Source: Desulfobacterales bacterium
GTDB taxonomy: Bacteria; Desulfobacterota; Desulfobulbia; Desulfobulbales; JAGXFP01
Assembly (NCBI GenBank): GCA_024637225.1
Contig: JAGXFP010000074.1
Location: 6,704-70,703, forward strand
Direction of reading: 5' to 3'
Length of the DNA stretch: 64,000 nt
Shown here: positions 1 through 9,491 of the stretch, piece by piece
Numbering within the stretch: the stretch's first letter is position 1
Layout: every line of letters starts with the position of its first letter
The notes under the pieces: generated by a model
Seen by the model: only the letters and a program-made list of their open reading frames with translations
Told to the model about the DNA's origin: nothing
Databases searched by the model: none
Made by a program: the position numbers and the translations under genes

Positions 1-31
1 GCGAGCCTGAAGGCCGCCAGGGAGCGGAAAA

Positions 32-865
32 GTGCCTGAAAAAAACAAAGGATATCGCGGTTCGCCGGGTGCTTTCTGGTCCGGCGCCATCACCTTCGGA
101 CTGGTAACCATCCCGGTCGATCTCTATTCCGCCCACCGCCCCAAGGCGGTTGCCCTCCGTATGGTCGATCGTGACGGCACTGCCCTGCGCCGGCAGTATT
201 TTTGCCCTCGGGACCATAAGGCTATCGCCGGAGATGAAATCGTCCGCGGCTACGAGATCGAAAAGGGCAAGTACATCGTGATCGACGACCGGGAGCTGGA
301 GGGGCTGGAACCTAAAAAGTCCCGGGAAATCGATCTGCGCTCTTTCGTCGATCTTGCCGAACTGGATCCGGTTTATTTCCAGCGTGCCTATTTCCTCCTG
401 CCGGCAGGCGCCGTCGACAAGGCCTACCGCCTGCTCGCCGAGATCATGGAGCGGAGCGGCAGGGCCGGGATCGCCACCTTTGTCCTGAGAGCCCGGGAAC
501 ATGTGGTGGCGATCATCGCCGAAGGCGGCATCCTGAGGGCGGAAACCCTGCTGTTCGCCGATGAGATCCGGTCGCCTGAAGACCTCGGCCTGCCGCCTCC
601 GGCAAAAGCGCCGGCGGCAAAGGCCAAGGAATTGCGCCGGGAGATCAAAAAACTCCACCGGCAGCAACTCGATCCGGACCTGCTGCACGACCGCCATGCC
701 CAGCGGATTCTCGATCTGGCAGAGCAAAAGCTCAAGGCGGGAGAGGATGTCATGGAGAAGCCGGAGGAGGCCGAAGGGGCCGAAGGGGCCGAAGTGACTG
801 AAGGGGCCGAGATCATCGATCTGATAATTATCAAAGAGCGGTTTAAGGGACCCGGCAAATCGTAA
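32..865 (+). CDS. ku: Ku protein (non-homologous end joining)
   Basis: N-terminal WSGAITFGLVTIPV, EIVRGYE, EIDLRSFV and YFLLP motifs of prokaryotic Ku; next to ligD. Confidence 0.95.
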   Translation: MPEKNKGYRGSPGAFWSGAITFGLVTIPVDLYSAHRPKAVALRMVDRDGTALRRQYFCPRDHKAIAGDEIVRGYEIEKGKYIVIDDRELEGLEPKKSREIDLRSFVDLAELDPVYFQRAYFLLPAGAVDKAYRLLAEIMERSGRAGIATFVLRAREHVVAIIAEGGILRAETLLFADEIRSPEDLGLPPPAKAPAAKAKELRREIKKLHRQQLDPDLLHDRHAQRILDLAEQKLKAGEDVMEKPEEAEGAEGAEVTEGAEIIDLIIIKERFKGPGKS

Positions 866-968
866 TATACCATCATGCATCACGGCCTGCGGTTTTACTC
901 AATCGGCGCAACCCAATACCTCGGTATATAGCCCTGCAATTGCAACATCGCCGTCGATATTTTTGAGT

Positions 969-1052
969 CGTCATTCCGGCACATTTTTAGCCGGAATCCA
1001 GTGTTGTGCCCTCACCAGGCTTTCTGGATGCCGGATCAGGTCCGGCATGACG
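969..1052. repeat. CGTC-type REP-like palindrome pair
   Basis: cgtcattccggc..gccggaatccag ... ctggatgccggatcaggtccggcatgacg; related copies at 9308-9379, 18227-18308 and 35980-36062. Confidence 0.8.
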
Positions 1053-1140
1053 AATCGACAATTGCATCGTTTGCGTAATTGATTGAAATATCGAATAGAA
1101 ATACAACTAAGAAAGTTGAGTTAGTAATTACCGACTCCCT

Positions 1141-3702
1141 TTAAGGAAGGTTGAGTTCCTTCCGCATCGATTTGGTTATCGATTGGCGGACCTGGAAAAA
1201 ATCCTGCCAGGGATCTTTTTTCAGGGCCGCGAGTCTTCTGGGGAGGTTGTCGATCCGGTAGCGGCCCGGCGCCATTGCGGAGTTCAATTCATCCCAGCGG
1301 ATCGGGGTGGAAACCGGCGCCCCGCTGCCGGCCCTGGTTGAATAGGCGGCAACCGTGGTCGCCCCCCGGTCGTTGCGAAGATAATCGATCAGGATTTTGC
1401 CCCGCCGTTTCGCCTTCTTCATCTCCAGGGTGAAAAGTTCGGGACGAAGCCGGACCAGATCGGCGGAGACCGCCCTGGCGAAGGATTTGGCCTCGGCCCA
1501 CCCGATCCAGGGCCGGATCGGCGCGACCAGATGCACCCCCTTGCCTCCCGAAGTCTTGACAAACGATTCCAGGCCAAGCTCCCGCAACCGGTGCCGCAGG
1601 GCCCTGGCCCCTTCGACCACCTCAGCCCAGCCGAGGTCGGGTCCCGGATCGAGATCGAAGGTGAGGATATCCGGCCTCTCCAGGTCGGTTTCACTGCTTC
1701 CCCAGGGATGAATTTCCAGGACCCCGAGCTGGACCAGCGAGATCAGCCCCTTGATATCGTCAATAACGATGTACGGCGCGGTCGTATCCTTTTCCCTGAT
1801 CGGGATGGTGCGAAGGGGATCCGGAATCGATTCGCCGGGATGTTTCTGGAAAAAGCATTCCCCCTGGCGTCCATCCGGGCAGCGGAGCAGGGTCAGGGGC
1901 CGGTGAACGATATGGGGCAGGATGAAGTCGGCAATGGCGGCATAAAAATAGGCCAGCGCCGATTTGGTGATGCCTTGATCGGGGTAGAGGATCTTGTCAG
2001 GATGGGTAATTTTCACCCCGGCAAGCACGGCACTATCTTTTGATCTTTTCACCATGGCCGACGCCCCCCTTCCCGGTTCACCACCTGGCTTTTTGTCGCC
2101 ATCCTCACGAACCGGGACTTCCCTGACAATTTCCCCGGGAGACTTATCTTCCCGCAGCCCCTTGAAGGAAGCCTGGCGCAAGATATTGTCCCTGGTCCAT
2201 TCCCGGAATTCCACTTCCGCGACCAGTTCCGGCCTGACCCAGTGAATCCCGCGCGCCTCGGAACCGGAGGGAGGGTTGCGAAAAGGGGGATCGGACTGTT
2301 CGATTTTGCCGAGGATTCCGGCCAGGCGGCCGAGGGTGCTCCCGGTAAAACCGCTCCCCACCCTGCCGGCATAAATCAGATCCCCCGCGTCATAATAGCC
2401 CAGCAGCAAGGCGCCGAACCCGGACCTGGAGCCGGCGGGTTCCGTCCATCCTCCGACAACAAATTCCTGTCTTTCCAGGCACTTTGTTTTCAGCCAGCGG
2501 CGCGATCTTTTCCGCTCATAACCGCCGGCGCCGTCCTTGGAGACGATGCCCTCCGCCGCCAGGCGGCAGGCCTGCCGAAAAACCTCTCTGCCGCCGCTTT
2601 TGATATGATCGCTGAACCGGATGATTTCCCGGACCGGCGCCATCCGGCCAATCAGGGCTTGCAGCAGTTGCTTCCTTTCCAGCAAGGGAGTCCCGGTAAG
2701 ATCGAAACCGCTGCAATGGGGCAGATCGAACAGGTAATATACCGTTTTTGCCGTCCGCCCGCCCCGGAGCAGGTTTTGCAAGGCCTGAAAATCCGAGGTC
2801 CCGTCCGGCCGCAAAACCACTATTTCACCGTCCAGAATCGCCTCCTCTACCGGCAGGGTCCGCAGGGCCTCGGCAATGGCGGGGAATTTCCCGGTCCACT
2901 CCTTGCCGTTCCGCGACATCAGCCTGATCCGGCCGGCCTTGATCACCGCCAGGATCCGGTAGCCGTCGAGCTTGACCTCGTGGATCCAGCTCTTCCCGGC
3001 CGGCGGTTCGTCAACCAGGGTTGCCAACTGGGGTTGGATAAATTCGGGCTGCGGCGCCTTACGGGCCTTGGTCAACCGGGAAGGATCTGGGAGTGGCCCG
3101 GAATCGTCGGGCCGAACGGAACCGCCCTTTTCGTTGTCGGCAATTTCCGCCATGGTGCGGTCGGTGAGGGCGCTGCGCGGCAGTTCCTCGACCACGCTGT
3201 ATTCCCTTTCCGCTGCCGAGGCCGTATCCTTATGCTTGATCAGCAGCCAGTTTTTTCCTGGTTTGCCGTCGCTCTCCTTCATCAGGACCAGGGCCCAGGA
3301 GCCGCGCAACTTTTCGCCGTGCAGCCGGAAGGCAAGTTTTCCATCGGGAAGGTCTTTATCGGGATCGGCTTCCGGTTCCCAGGTCCCGCGATCCCAGAGC
3401 ATGACCGTGCCGCCGCCGTACTCGCCTTGGGGAATAGTGCCCTCGAAAGTACCGTACTCCAGGGGATGGTCCTCCACCTGAACCGCCAGCCGTTTTTCCG
3501 CCGGGTCCAGGCTGGGTCCCTTCGGTACCGCCCAGCTTTTCAGAACCCCATCGACTTCCAGGCGCAGATCGTAATGCAACCTGGTGGCCGCATGCTTCTG
3601 AATTACATAAAGATTGCCGGACTCCCCGGCCCCGGCTTCCTGTCCACGGGGCTCACGGCTTCTGGAAAAATCACGCTTCTTGCGATAGTCTTTTAATCCC
3701 AT
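1141..3702 (-). CDS. ligD: DNA ligase D (phosphoesterase-ligase-polymerase order)
   Basis: QKHAATRLHYDLRLE phosphoesterase motif, EVKLDGYR ligase lysine, DLDPG and KTSGGKG primase-polymerase motifs; start placed at ATG 3702 (ORF runs to 3717). Confidence 0.96.
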   Translation of the reverse strand: MGLKDYRKKRDFSRSREPRGQEAGAGESGNLYVIQKHAATRLHYDLRLEVDGVLKSWAVPKGPSLDPAEKRLAVQVEDHPLEYGTFEGTIPQGEYGGGTVMLWDRGTWEPEADPDKDLPDGKLAFRLHGEKLRGSWALVLMKESDGKPGKNWLLIKHKDTASAAEREYSVVEELPRSALTDRTMAEIADNEKGGSVRPDDSGPLPDPSRLTKARKAPQPEFIQPQLATLVDEPPAGKSWIHEVKLDGYRILAVIKAGRIRLMSRNGKEWTGKFPAIAEALRTLPVEEAILDGEIVVLRPDGTSDFQALQNLLRGGRTAKTVYYLFDLPHCSGFDLTGTPLLERKQLLQALIGRMAPVREIIRFSDHIKSGGREVFRQACRLAAEGIVSKDGAGGYERKRSRRWLKTKCLERQEFVVGGWTEPAGSRSGFGALLLGYYDAGDLIYAGRVGSGFTGSTLGRLAGILGKIEQSDPPFRNPPSGSEARGIHWVRPELVAEVEFREWTRDNILRQASFKGLREDKSPGEIVREVPVREDGDKKPGGEPGRGASAMVKRSKDSAVLAGVKITHPDKILYPDQGITKSALAYFYAAIADFILPHIVHRPLTLLRCPDGRQGECFFQKHPGESIPDPLRTIPIREKDTTAPYIVIDDIKGLISLVQLGVLEIHPWGSSETDLERPDILTFDLDPGPDLGWAEVVEGARALRHRLRELGLESFVKTSGGKGVHLVAPIRPWIGWAEAKSFARAVSADLVRLRPELFTLEMKKAKRRGKILIDYLRNDRGATTVAAYSTRAGSGAPVSTPIRWDELNSAMAPGRYRIDNLPRRLAALKKDPWQDFFQVRQSITKSMRKELNLP

Positions 3703-3812
3703 GACTTCGCCGCTCAATTTACAACGGTAAACGATTTATGAGGTCGACAGGGTTCCGGGCGCCGTAGCCGGTGTTTTGCAACCGGCCGGAAGTCAAAAAG
3801 GCAATCGGTCCG

Positions 3813-4523
3813 TTACTTTGCCTGCTCGGCGGCGAGCTCGTGAAAACGCGTCGCCATCTCGGCTCCCACACCCCTTTCCTCGTGCTTAAAAAAGACGAAA
3901 ACCCTCCGCCATTTCCGGGCAAGGACCCTTTCCAGCCATATCTCAAGATCGGCTTCGGTGTAATCGGAACGCCGGAGGCGCAGGTAGCCCCATGGCGCCG
4001 TGGCGATGATCTCGGCTGGCGGCTCCCCATCCACATCCGGGGTGCACAAGCAGAATTTCCTCTTGCGAAGCAGGTCGAAAATTTCAGGAACGAGCCAGGA
4101 GGGGCTGCGGAACTCGAAGGCGCAGAGGACATCGAGCGGGATCAGTTCGAGGAAACCCTCAAACAGGGGGAGGTCAATCCGAAAACTTTTGGGAAACTGG
4201 AAAAGGACCGCTCCCATTTTTTTGCCCGGAACCGCCAGGGTGCGGAAGAAGTAGTCGGTCTCGTTGTCCACATCCCGCAAGCGCTTAATATGGGTTATGA
4301 CCCGCGGCGCCTTGAACGCGAAAGAAAAGTCCTCGGGAACCTGGCCAGACCATGAGGCGAGGAGCTTCTCTGCGGGCATGTGATAGAAGGTGTAATTGAT
4401 CTCCACCGCACCGAGACGTTCGGAGTAGAAGCGCAGCATTTCATGGTCCGGGATCTTTTCGGGATAGAATAGTCCTTTCCATTCCTTAAAGGCGAAGCCG
4501 CTGGTGCCGACATGGATTTTCAT
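3813..4523 (-). CDS. DUF72 family protein
   Basis: VGTSGF, VEINYTFY, FKAPRVITH, LFQFP and EFRSPSW motifs. Confidence 0.9.
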   Translation of the reverse strand: MKIHVGTSGFAFKEWKGLFYPEKIPDHEMLRFYSERLGAVEINYTFYHMPAEKLLASWSGQVPEDFSFAFKAPRVITHIKRLRDVDNETDYFFRTLAVPGKKMGAVLFQFPKSFRIDLPLFEGFLELIPLDVLCAFEFRSPSWLVPEIFDLLRKRKFCLCTPDVDGEPPAEIIATAPWGYLRLRRSDYTEADLEIWLERVLARKWRRVFVFFKHEERGVGAEMATRFHELAAEQAK

Positions 4524-4620
4524 ATTTCATGCCCCTTCCCGTAGTGAAGGTTCGGCGGCCGATTTTGATGACCTCGGAAAAGTCGCAACCACGTCAGGGA
4601 AAAGGAATAGCTCCTCAGCT

Positions 4621-4998
4621 CTATTCATTGCAGCAGTAACGGTCAAAACTGATCGCCATCCCGTCTTTGTAAGATCGCACGATTCTGGCCTTGAGCTTGA
4701 CAATCGACATCGACTGCGATGAGATCGCTTCAGTTTCGCAGATCGGAGGGAAAAGCCCATGCCCTTCCGGATTGTTTTCATCCGGCAATTGTTCCTTATA
4801 CAGGGTCATAAGGACTTCGGTACCTTCCGGGCTGGTCCGGTCGGTCCTGAAGAAAGCGCCGCCAGCGGAAATATTGGCGGTTTTGAGGTCCAGAGTAGGA
4901 GCATTACTGAAGGACAACAGTGCCCGCACGGGAATATCGTAGCGCCGATCCACTCTCTTTTCCATTCTATTCCATCTCATTCCCATGACCATCACCAA
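4621..4998 (-). CDS. PilZ domain protein
   Basis: RVDRR (RxxxR) and NISAGG (NxSxxG) motifs; exact start uncertain. Confidence 0.75.
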   Translation of the reverse strand: MVMVMGMRWNRMEKRVDRRYDIPVRALLSFSNAPTLDLKTANISAGGAFFRTDRTSPEGTEVLMTLYKEQLPDENNPEGHGLFPPICETEAISSQSMSIVKLKARIVRSYKDGMAISFDRYCCNE

Positions 4999-5164
4999 TG
5001 GCTTTTTCTCGTTTCACCCCCTTTTAACTTAATTTTCGCCACAAAAAAGCAGGAAATACAAGGACCTTTTTCCGCTAATTTTTGATCCGCCACTTCAAAT
5101 ATTCCATCTACATGTCAGTTTGATTTTTGCCGTTAAACTTCCCGCTCGATAATAACAAAAAGCG

Positions 5165-6223
5165 CTAATCGGTGAGGCGCGGGCAAGAGGTTTTCAGCCA
5201 TTCCGTGGTGCGCCGCATTCCTTCCGGAGTGCTGACCCCAGGCTCATAACCGAGATCGCGGCGGGCAGCGGCAATGGAGAACCAGTGGGAGTGGGCCAGT
5301 TGCTCGGCCAGGAAACGGGTCATCAGGGGCTCTTCTTCAATTTTAAAAAGCCGGTAGAAGCCTTCCATCAGCAGCCCGGCCATTCTCGCTTTTTTGAAAC
5401 CCACCTTCTTCCCGACCGAGGGGAGGCCGACCATGGCGAAGAAGCTGTCGATCCATTCCCAGAGCTTGACCGGCTCCCCCTGGGAAATGAAATAGGCCCG
5501 GCCCGCCGCCGCGCCGCCTTTGGCAAGAGTGTCGGCCGCCAATAAATGGGCCGCCACGACATTGTCGATATAGGAGATGTCGACCAGATTTTCGCCGTCC
5601 CCCACCCTCTTCAGCTGCCCCTGCCGGCCCCTTTCGACCAACCGGGGAATAAGGTTGGTATCGCCGGGTCCCCAGATCAAGTGGGGGCGCAGGGCCGTGG
5701 TTTTGAGGTCTTCGGAGTTGGCGGCCAGCACACCCTTTTCGGCCATGGTCTTGGTCTCGGCATAGGCGCAGAGAAAGCGCTCGGCATAGGGGGTCGACTC
5801 GTCAACCCCGCGGAGGCTGCCGCCCCTGAATACCACGCTGGGCGTGGAGGTGTAGACCAGCCGCGGGATGCGGTTGGTTCGGCAGGCAGCGATGACATTC
5901 TCGGTGCCGGTCACGTTGATCGAGTAATACTCTTCGTGGCTGCCCCAGATCCCCGCCTTGGCGGCCACATGAAAAACCGTGTCGCAGCCCCGGGAAGCCG
6001 AGACCAGAAAGTCGCGGTCCCGGATATCGCCTTTCTTCTGGGTGAGATTGGCTTTATCTAAATCATGGTAATGGTTGCGGCCGACCACCACCACCTCCAG
6101 GCCGCAATCGAGGAGGAGGTTGGTCAGGGCCCGGCCGACGAAGCCGCCGCCGCCGGTGACCAGCGCCTTTCTGATGCCCCCTTCGGCCAGTCCCGGTGAA
6201 TCGATTTCGCCTGCCGGATTCAT
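5165..6223 (-). CDS. oleD: OleD, 2-alkyl-3-oxoalkanoate reductase (3-beta-HSD-like SDR)
   Basis: TGGGGFVG, HVAAKAG, TSTPSVV, YAETK and LRPHLIWGPGD motifs; overlaps oleC. Confidence 0.9.
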   Translation of the reverse strand: MNPAGEIDSPGLAEGGIRKALVTGGGGFVGRALTNLLLDCGLEVVVVGRNHYHDLDKANLTQKKGDIRDRDFLVSASRGCDTVFHVAAKAGIWGSHEEYYSINVTGTENVIAACRTNRIPRLVYTSTPSVVFRGGSLRGVDESTPYAERFLCAYAETKTMAEKGVLAANSEDLKTTALRPHLIWGPGDTNLIPRLVERGRQGQLKRVGDGENLVDISYIDNVVAAHLLAADTLAKGGAAAGRAYFISQGEPVKLWEWIDSFFAMVGLPSVGKKVGFKKARMAGLLMEGFYRLFKIEEEPLMTRFLAEQLAHSHWFSIAAARRDLGYEPGVSTPEGMRRTTEWLKTSCPRLTD

Positions 6224-7854
6224 GAGCGATTCCAGCCCAGTTCCTTCCCGGCCCAGACCGCGAGCTTTTCCCGGAATATCTTGGCGTTGTGGCGGATATC
6301 GACCGGAAAATCATGGTTAATCAGGAAATGCTTGATCTCCCTGGTCTGCTCATTGGCCGCGGCCAATCTTTTCAGGTCCTCGATAAGTTTGCGGCGATCG
6401 CAGCTTTTCGCCGGTTCGACAATCAGCACCGGAGTCACCCTGCCGCCGGCCCTCTGCACTCCGACCAGGGCCGAGCGATAGACCTCGGGATGTTCGTTGA
6501 AAAGAGCCTCGCAGGGAATGGTCAGCATCACCCGGTCGGCGGTCTCGACCCGATGGGCCTTGCGGCCGCAGAACCAGAGGCGGTTCTTTTCATCGAAATA
6601 GCCGAGATCGCCGATCCGGTGCCAGAAGGTGCAGCCGTCGGTGATCTTGGCCAATACATTGTCGCTGACATTATTGTAGTAGGAGGCGGTGACTACACCC
6701 CCCCTGACCACGACCTCACCGACCTCGCCGACCGGCAGCATCTCCACCTCGGACCAGTCGCCAAGAGGCGCGTCGCTCATTTTGATGATCGCGACCTCGA
6801 TGCCCGGCAGGGGGCGGCCGACGCAGGTGCCTTTGCCCTGGCGGCTCAGCGGCCAGGTTTCGGCCAGGATTTCGGCACCGCTGATCGAGGTGACCGGCAG
6901 GGATTCAGTGGCTCCGTAGGGGGTCTGGATCTCGCCCTCTTCGGAGATTATCCTGCGGACCCGGTCGATCAGTTCGCCGGATACCGGGGCGCCTGCCATC
7001 AGGACCAGCCGCAGCGAATCGAGGCGGATGCCCTGGTCGAGGCAGTAGCGGCTGACCACGTTCCAGATCGCCGGCGAGCCGAAGGAATAGGTGACCCGGC
7101 GTTCGATAATCGATTTAACGAACAGTTCCGGATCGACCCGGGCCGGATGGGCGGCATCCATCTCCGGAATCACCGCGCAGGCCCCGAGTGCGGCGGAGAA
7201 CAGGGCGAAGAGCGGAAAGGCGGGCTGATCGATATCGTCGGGGGTGATCCGGTAGTAGTACCTGATCAGATCAAGTTGGGCCCTGAAATTGCCGTGGCTG
7301 TACTGGACGCCTTTCGGGGGGCCGGTACTGCCGGTGGTGAAGATTATGGCGGCCGGATCATCCTGCCCGGTTTGCCGGTAGGGGAAAGACCCGGCGGCAA
7401 AATCGGCCAGTCCTTCCAGTTGGGAACCCAGGAGCCCCAAACCTGGCCCGACACAGACATTTCGGTTAACCGGATAAAAGTCGAGATAGTTGAGCAGTCT
7501 GAACAGATGCGCCTTCGGGGTACCGATAAAGGCGGTGGGCTTCACCGAGTGGATGCAGCGCAGGAGGTTGCGATAGCCCATGCCGGGATCGATCAGGATA
7601 ACCGGTGAGCCGAGGCGGAACAGGGCAAAGGTCAGGCAGATGAAGTCCCTGGAAGGTGGAACCATCAGGACAACGCGGTCCCGTTCCGTAAGACCGGCCG
7701 CCTTCAGGCCATGGGCATAGGCCGAGGCATGGTCGTCCAGTTCCTTGAAGGTCCAGCTTCGATAGCCGCCGAACACCTTCTCGATCAAGGCGGTCCGGCC
7801 CGGCTGCCTGGCGGCCACCTGGCTGAGCGTATGGGCGATATTAGAATCTTCCAT
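6220..7854 (-). CDS. oleC: OleC, olefin beta-lactone synthetase (AMP-binding)
   Basis: FTTGSTGPPKG, YGATE, WHRIGD and FPVDIRHNAKI motifs; ole context. Confidence 0.9.
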   Translation of the reverse strand: MEDSNIAHTLSQVAARQPGRTALIEKVFGGYRSWTFKELDDHASAYAHGLKAAGLTERDRVVLMVPPSRDFICLTFALFRLGSPVILIDPGMGYRNLLRCIHSVKPTAFIGTPKAHLFRLLNYLDFYPVNRNVCVGPGLGLLGSQLEGLADFAAGSFPYRQTGQDDPAAIIFTTGSTGPPKGVQYSHGNFRAQLDLIRYYYRITPDDIDQPAFPLFALFSAALGACAVIPEMDAAHPARVDPELFVKSIIERRVTYSFGSPAIWNVVSRYCLDQGIRLDSLRLVLMAGAPVSGELIDRVRRIISEEGEIQTPYGATESLPVTSISGAEILAETWPLSRQGKGTCVGRPLPGIEVAIIKMSDAPLGDWSEVEMLPVGEVGEVVVRGGVVTASYYNNVSDNVLAKITDGCTFWHRIGDLGYFDEKNRLWFCGRKAHRVETADRVMLTIPCEALFNEHPEVYRSALVGVQRAGGRVTPVLIVEPAKSCDRRKLIEDLKRLAAANEQTREIKHFLINHDFPVDIRHNAKIFREKLAVWAGKELGWNRS

Positions 7855-7904
7855 TTCCTGGCTTTACTCACTATTCATCAAACAGATATTTCTATCCTGG
7901 TGTC

Positions 7905-8052
7905 ACGTCAACTCTGAACCGTCGCATCTTTCACGCCCTTTTTCGTGCCCGCTGCGTTACGGATTGAGTAACATAGCGCTGCTATGCGCCTCAATCCGTG
8001 CCTTGCCGGCCCAAAAAACGACGAAGAAATATTGCGACATTTCATCCTTGAC
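7905..8052. repeat. MITE-like element with imperfect terminal inverted repeats and a long internal hairpin
   Basis: Ends cgtcaactctgaaccgtcgca / tgcgacatttcatccttgacg; internal stem acggattgag..ctcaatccgt. Confidence 0.5.
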
Positions 8053-8205
8053 GAATTCGCAAAAAGTCCAAAAAGGGATGGCTAAGCTAAAATCGTCAGA
8101 TCCAAGGCGCGCGAATTTCGAGGAATGAAGCGTACTTCAGTACGCTGCAATGACGAGACAATTCGCAGCAACGCAGGAGCTGGCGACTTTTTGCGACGCC
8201 ATCAT
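8048..8205 (+). mobile_element. MITE-like element, family B
   Basis: TIR-like ends ttgacgaattcgcaaaaag / ctttttgcgacgccatca; body recurs at 19369-19550, 42445-42566 and (partial, reversed) 63459-63538. Confidence 0.75.
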
Positions 8206-9077
8206 CCTTGACGCGACTCTAGATACTCGTCGAGAAAACCGGAGATCAGATGATCGACTTCTCCGTTGGCGTCTTCGAGAAGATAGTGGCCGGCGCTCTC
8301 CAGATAGATCGAGCGGGCATTCGGAAAGCGTCTCTTCCACTCGTGGAAAAAGCTGTCATTAAAGCAGAAATCCTTTCTACCCCAAAGAATCAAGGTCGGA
8401 TTGTCCACAAAGTAGTCCAGAGCGCCTTCCGCTTTCAGCAATGACTCCCAGGAGGGGTGATGGATATCGAGGGGAATATCCTCGATAAAGCGCATGATGG
8501 CGATTCTGTTCCGCCAGTTGTCGTAGGGAGCCAGGAAACCTTTGCGGACATGTCTGGGCAAGTGTTTTTTGGCCGCCATCAGCAGAGCCATCCGGGCGAA
8601 CAGATTAAGCCCCCGGACCAGAAAAGGACCCAGCAGTTTAAACCGGCACAGGGCGATGCGCCAGGGCAGCCGCTTCGAGCGGAAGGCGGCGGAGTTCATG
8701 ATCACCAGCGCCTCGATGCGCTCATGATGTTCGGCGGCATAACCCATGCCGATGGTGCCGCCCCAGTCGTGCACGACCAGGGAATGCTTGTCGATCTCGA
8801 GATGATCGATCAGCTTTTCCAGATTGGCGACATGATCGGCCAGCCGATAGGGATAATCCTGGGGTTTATCGGAAAGACCGCAGCCCATATGATCTGGAGC
8901 GATAACCCGGTACCGGGTCCTTAGCAGTTTGATCAGGTTGCGATAGAAGAAGGACCAGGTCGGATTGCCGTGGAGCATGACAATCACCCTGCCCTCTCCC
9001 TCATCGACATAGGAAAGTTTGTGGCCGTCGATCGAAAATTTTTTGGTTTTGAAGGGATACTGGCTATGAATTGACAT
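8202..9077 (-). CDS. oleB: OleB, beta-lactone decarboxylase (haloalkane dehalogenase-like alpha/beta hydrolase)
   Basis: HGNPTW, VHDWGG and AGHY motifs; lies between oleA and oleC. Confidence 0.88.
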   Translation of the reverse strand: MSIHSQYPFKTKKFSIDGHKLSYVDEGEGRVIVMLHGNPTWSFFYRNLIKLLRTRYRVIAPDHMGCGLSDKPQDYPYRLADHVANLEKLIDHLEIDKHSLVVHDWGGTIGMGYAAEHHERIEALVIMNSAAFRSKRLPWRIALCRFKLLGPFLVRGLNLFARMALLMAAKKHLPRHVRKGFLAPYDNWRNRIAIMRFIEDIPLDIHHPSWESLLKAEGALDYFVDNPTLILWGRKDFCFNDSFFHEWKRRFPNARSIYLESAGHYLLEDANGEVDHLISGFLDEYLESRQG

Positions 9078-9142
9078 TTGATGACCCGGGTACTTAACTT
9101 AAGATGAATTACGAATCTATATCGAGGAACTTTTTATATTTA

Positions 9143-9270
9143 GAAGCCAGGAGCCGGGGAGCCGGGAGCCAGGAGAAAAACTCTAAGAAGTCACTTCTAA
9201 CCCTCATCGCCCCTTACAGCTGTCCTTAAGTCCCTACCCTTGCAGCTTGCAGCTTGAACCTGTCCTTAAG
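9143..9270. repeat. Degenerate heptamer arrays (GAGCCRG arm, then CTTGCAG/CCTTAAG arm)
   Basis: gagccag gagccggg gagccgg gagccag followed by cttgcag cttgcag cttgaac ctgtccttaa. Confidence 0.7.
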
Positions 9271-9307
9271 AAACATGGAAATTATAAAAATGCCGTTTTA
9301 TATTTGT

Positions 9308-9379
9308 CGTCATTCCGGCATGCTTTTAGCCGCATCCGCGTATGAACTGGATTCCGGCTTAAAACCTGCCGGAATGACG
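9308..9379. repeat. CGTC-type REP-like palindrome pair
   Basis: cgtcattccggca ... tgccggaatgacg. Confidence 0.8.
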
Positions 9380-9436
9380 GACTTTTCGATGCGTGGTAAA
9401 CCGGCATATCAACCATTTCTGAGTCACAAAGTCTTT

Positions 9437-9490
9437 AACCTTGAACCTTGTAGCTTGCACCTGTCTTAACCTTGTACCTGTCCTTACCCG
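9437..9490. repeat. Heptamer array next to the oleA stop
   Basis: aaccttg aaccttg tagcttg cacctgtctt aaccttg tacctgtcctt. Confidence 0.7.
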
Positions 9491-9491
9491 T

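Noticed and set aside
769-811. 9-bp ggccgaagg repeats in ku
   Set aside because: Ordinary low-complexity acidic linker (EGAEGAE).
2242-3696. Long antisense ORFs (also 6289-7608, 54484-55806, 60898-61869, 34683-35684)
   Set aside because: Shadows of well-supported genes in GC-rich DNA, with no recognisable motifs.
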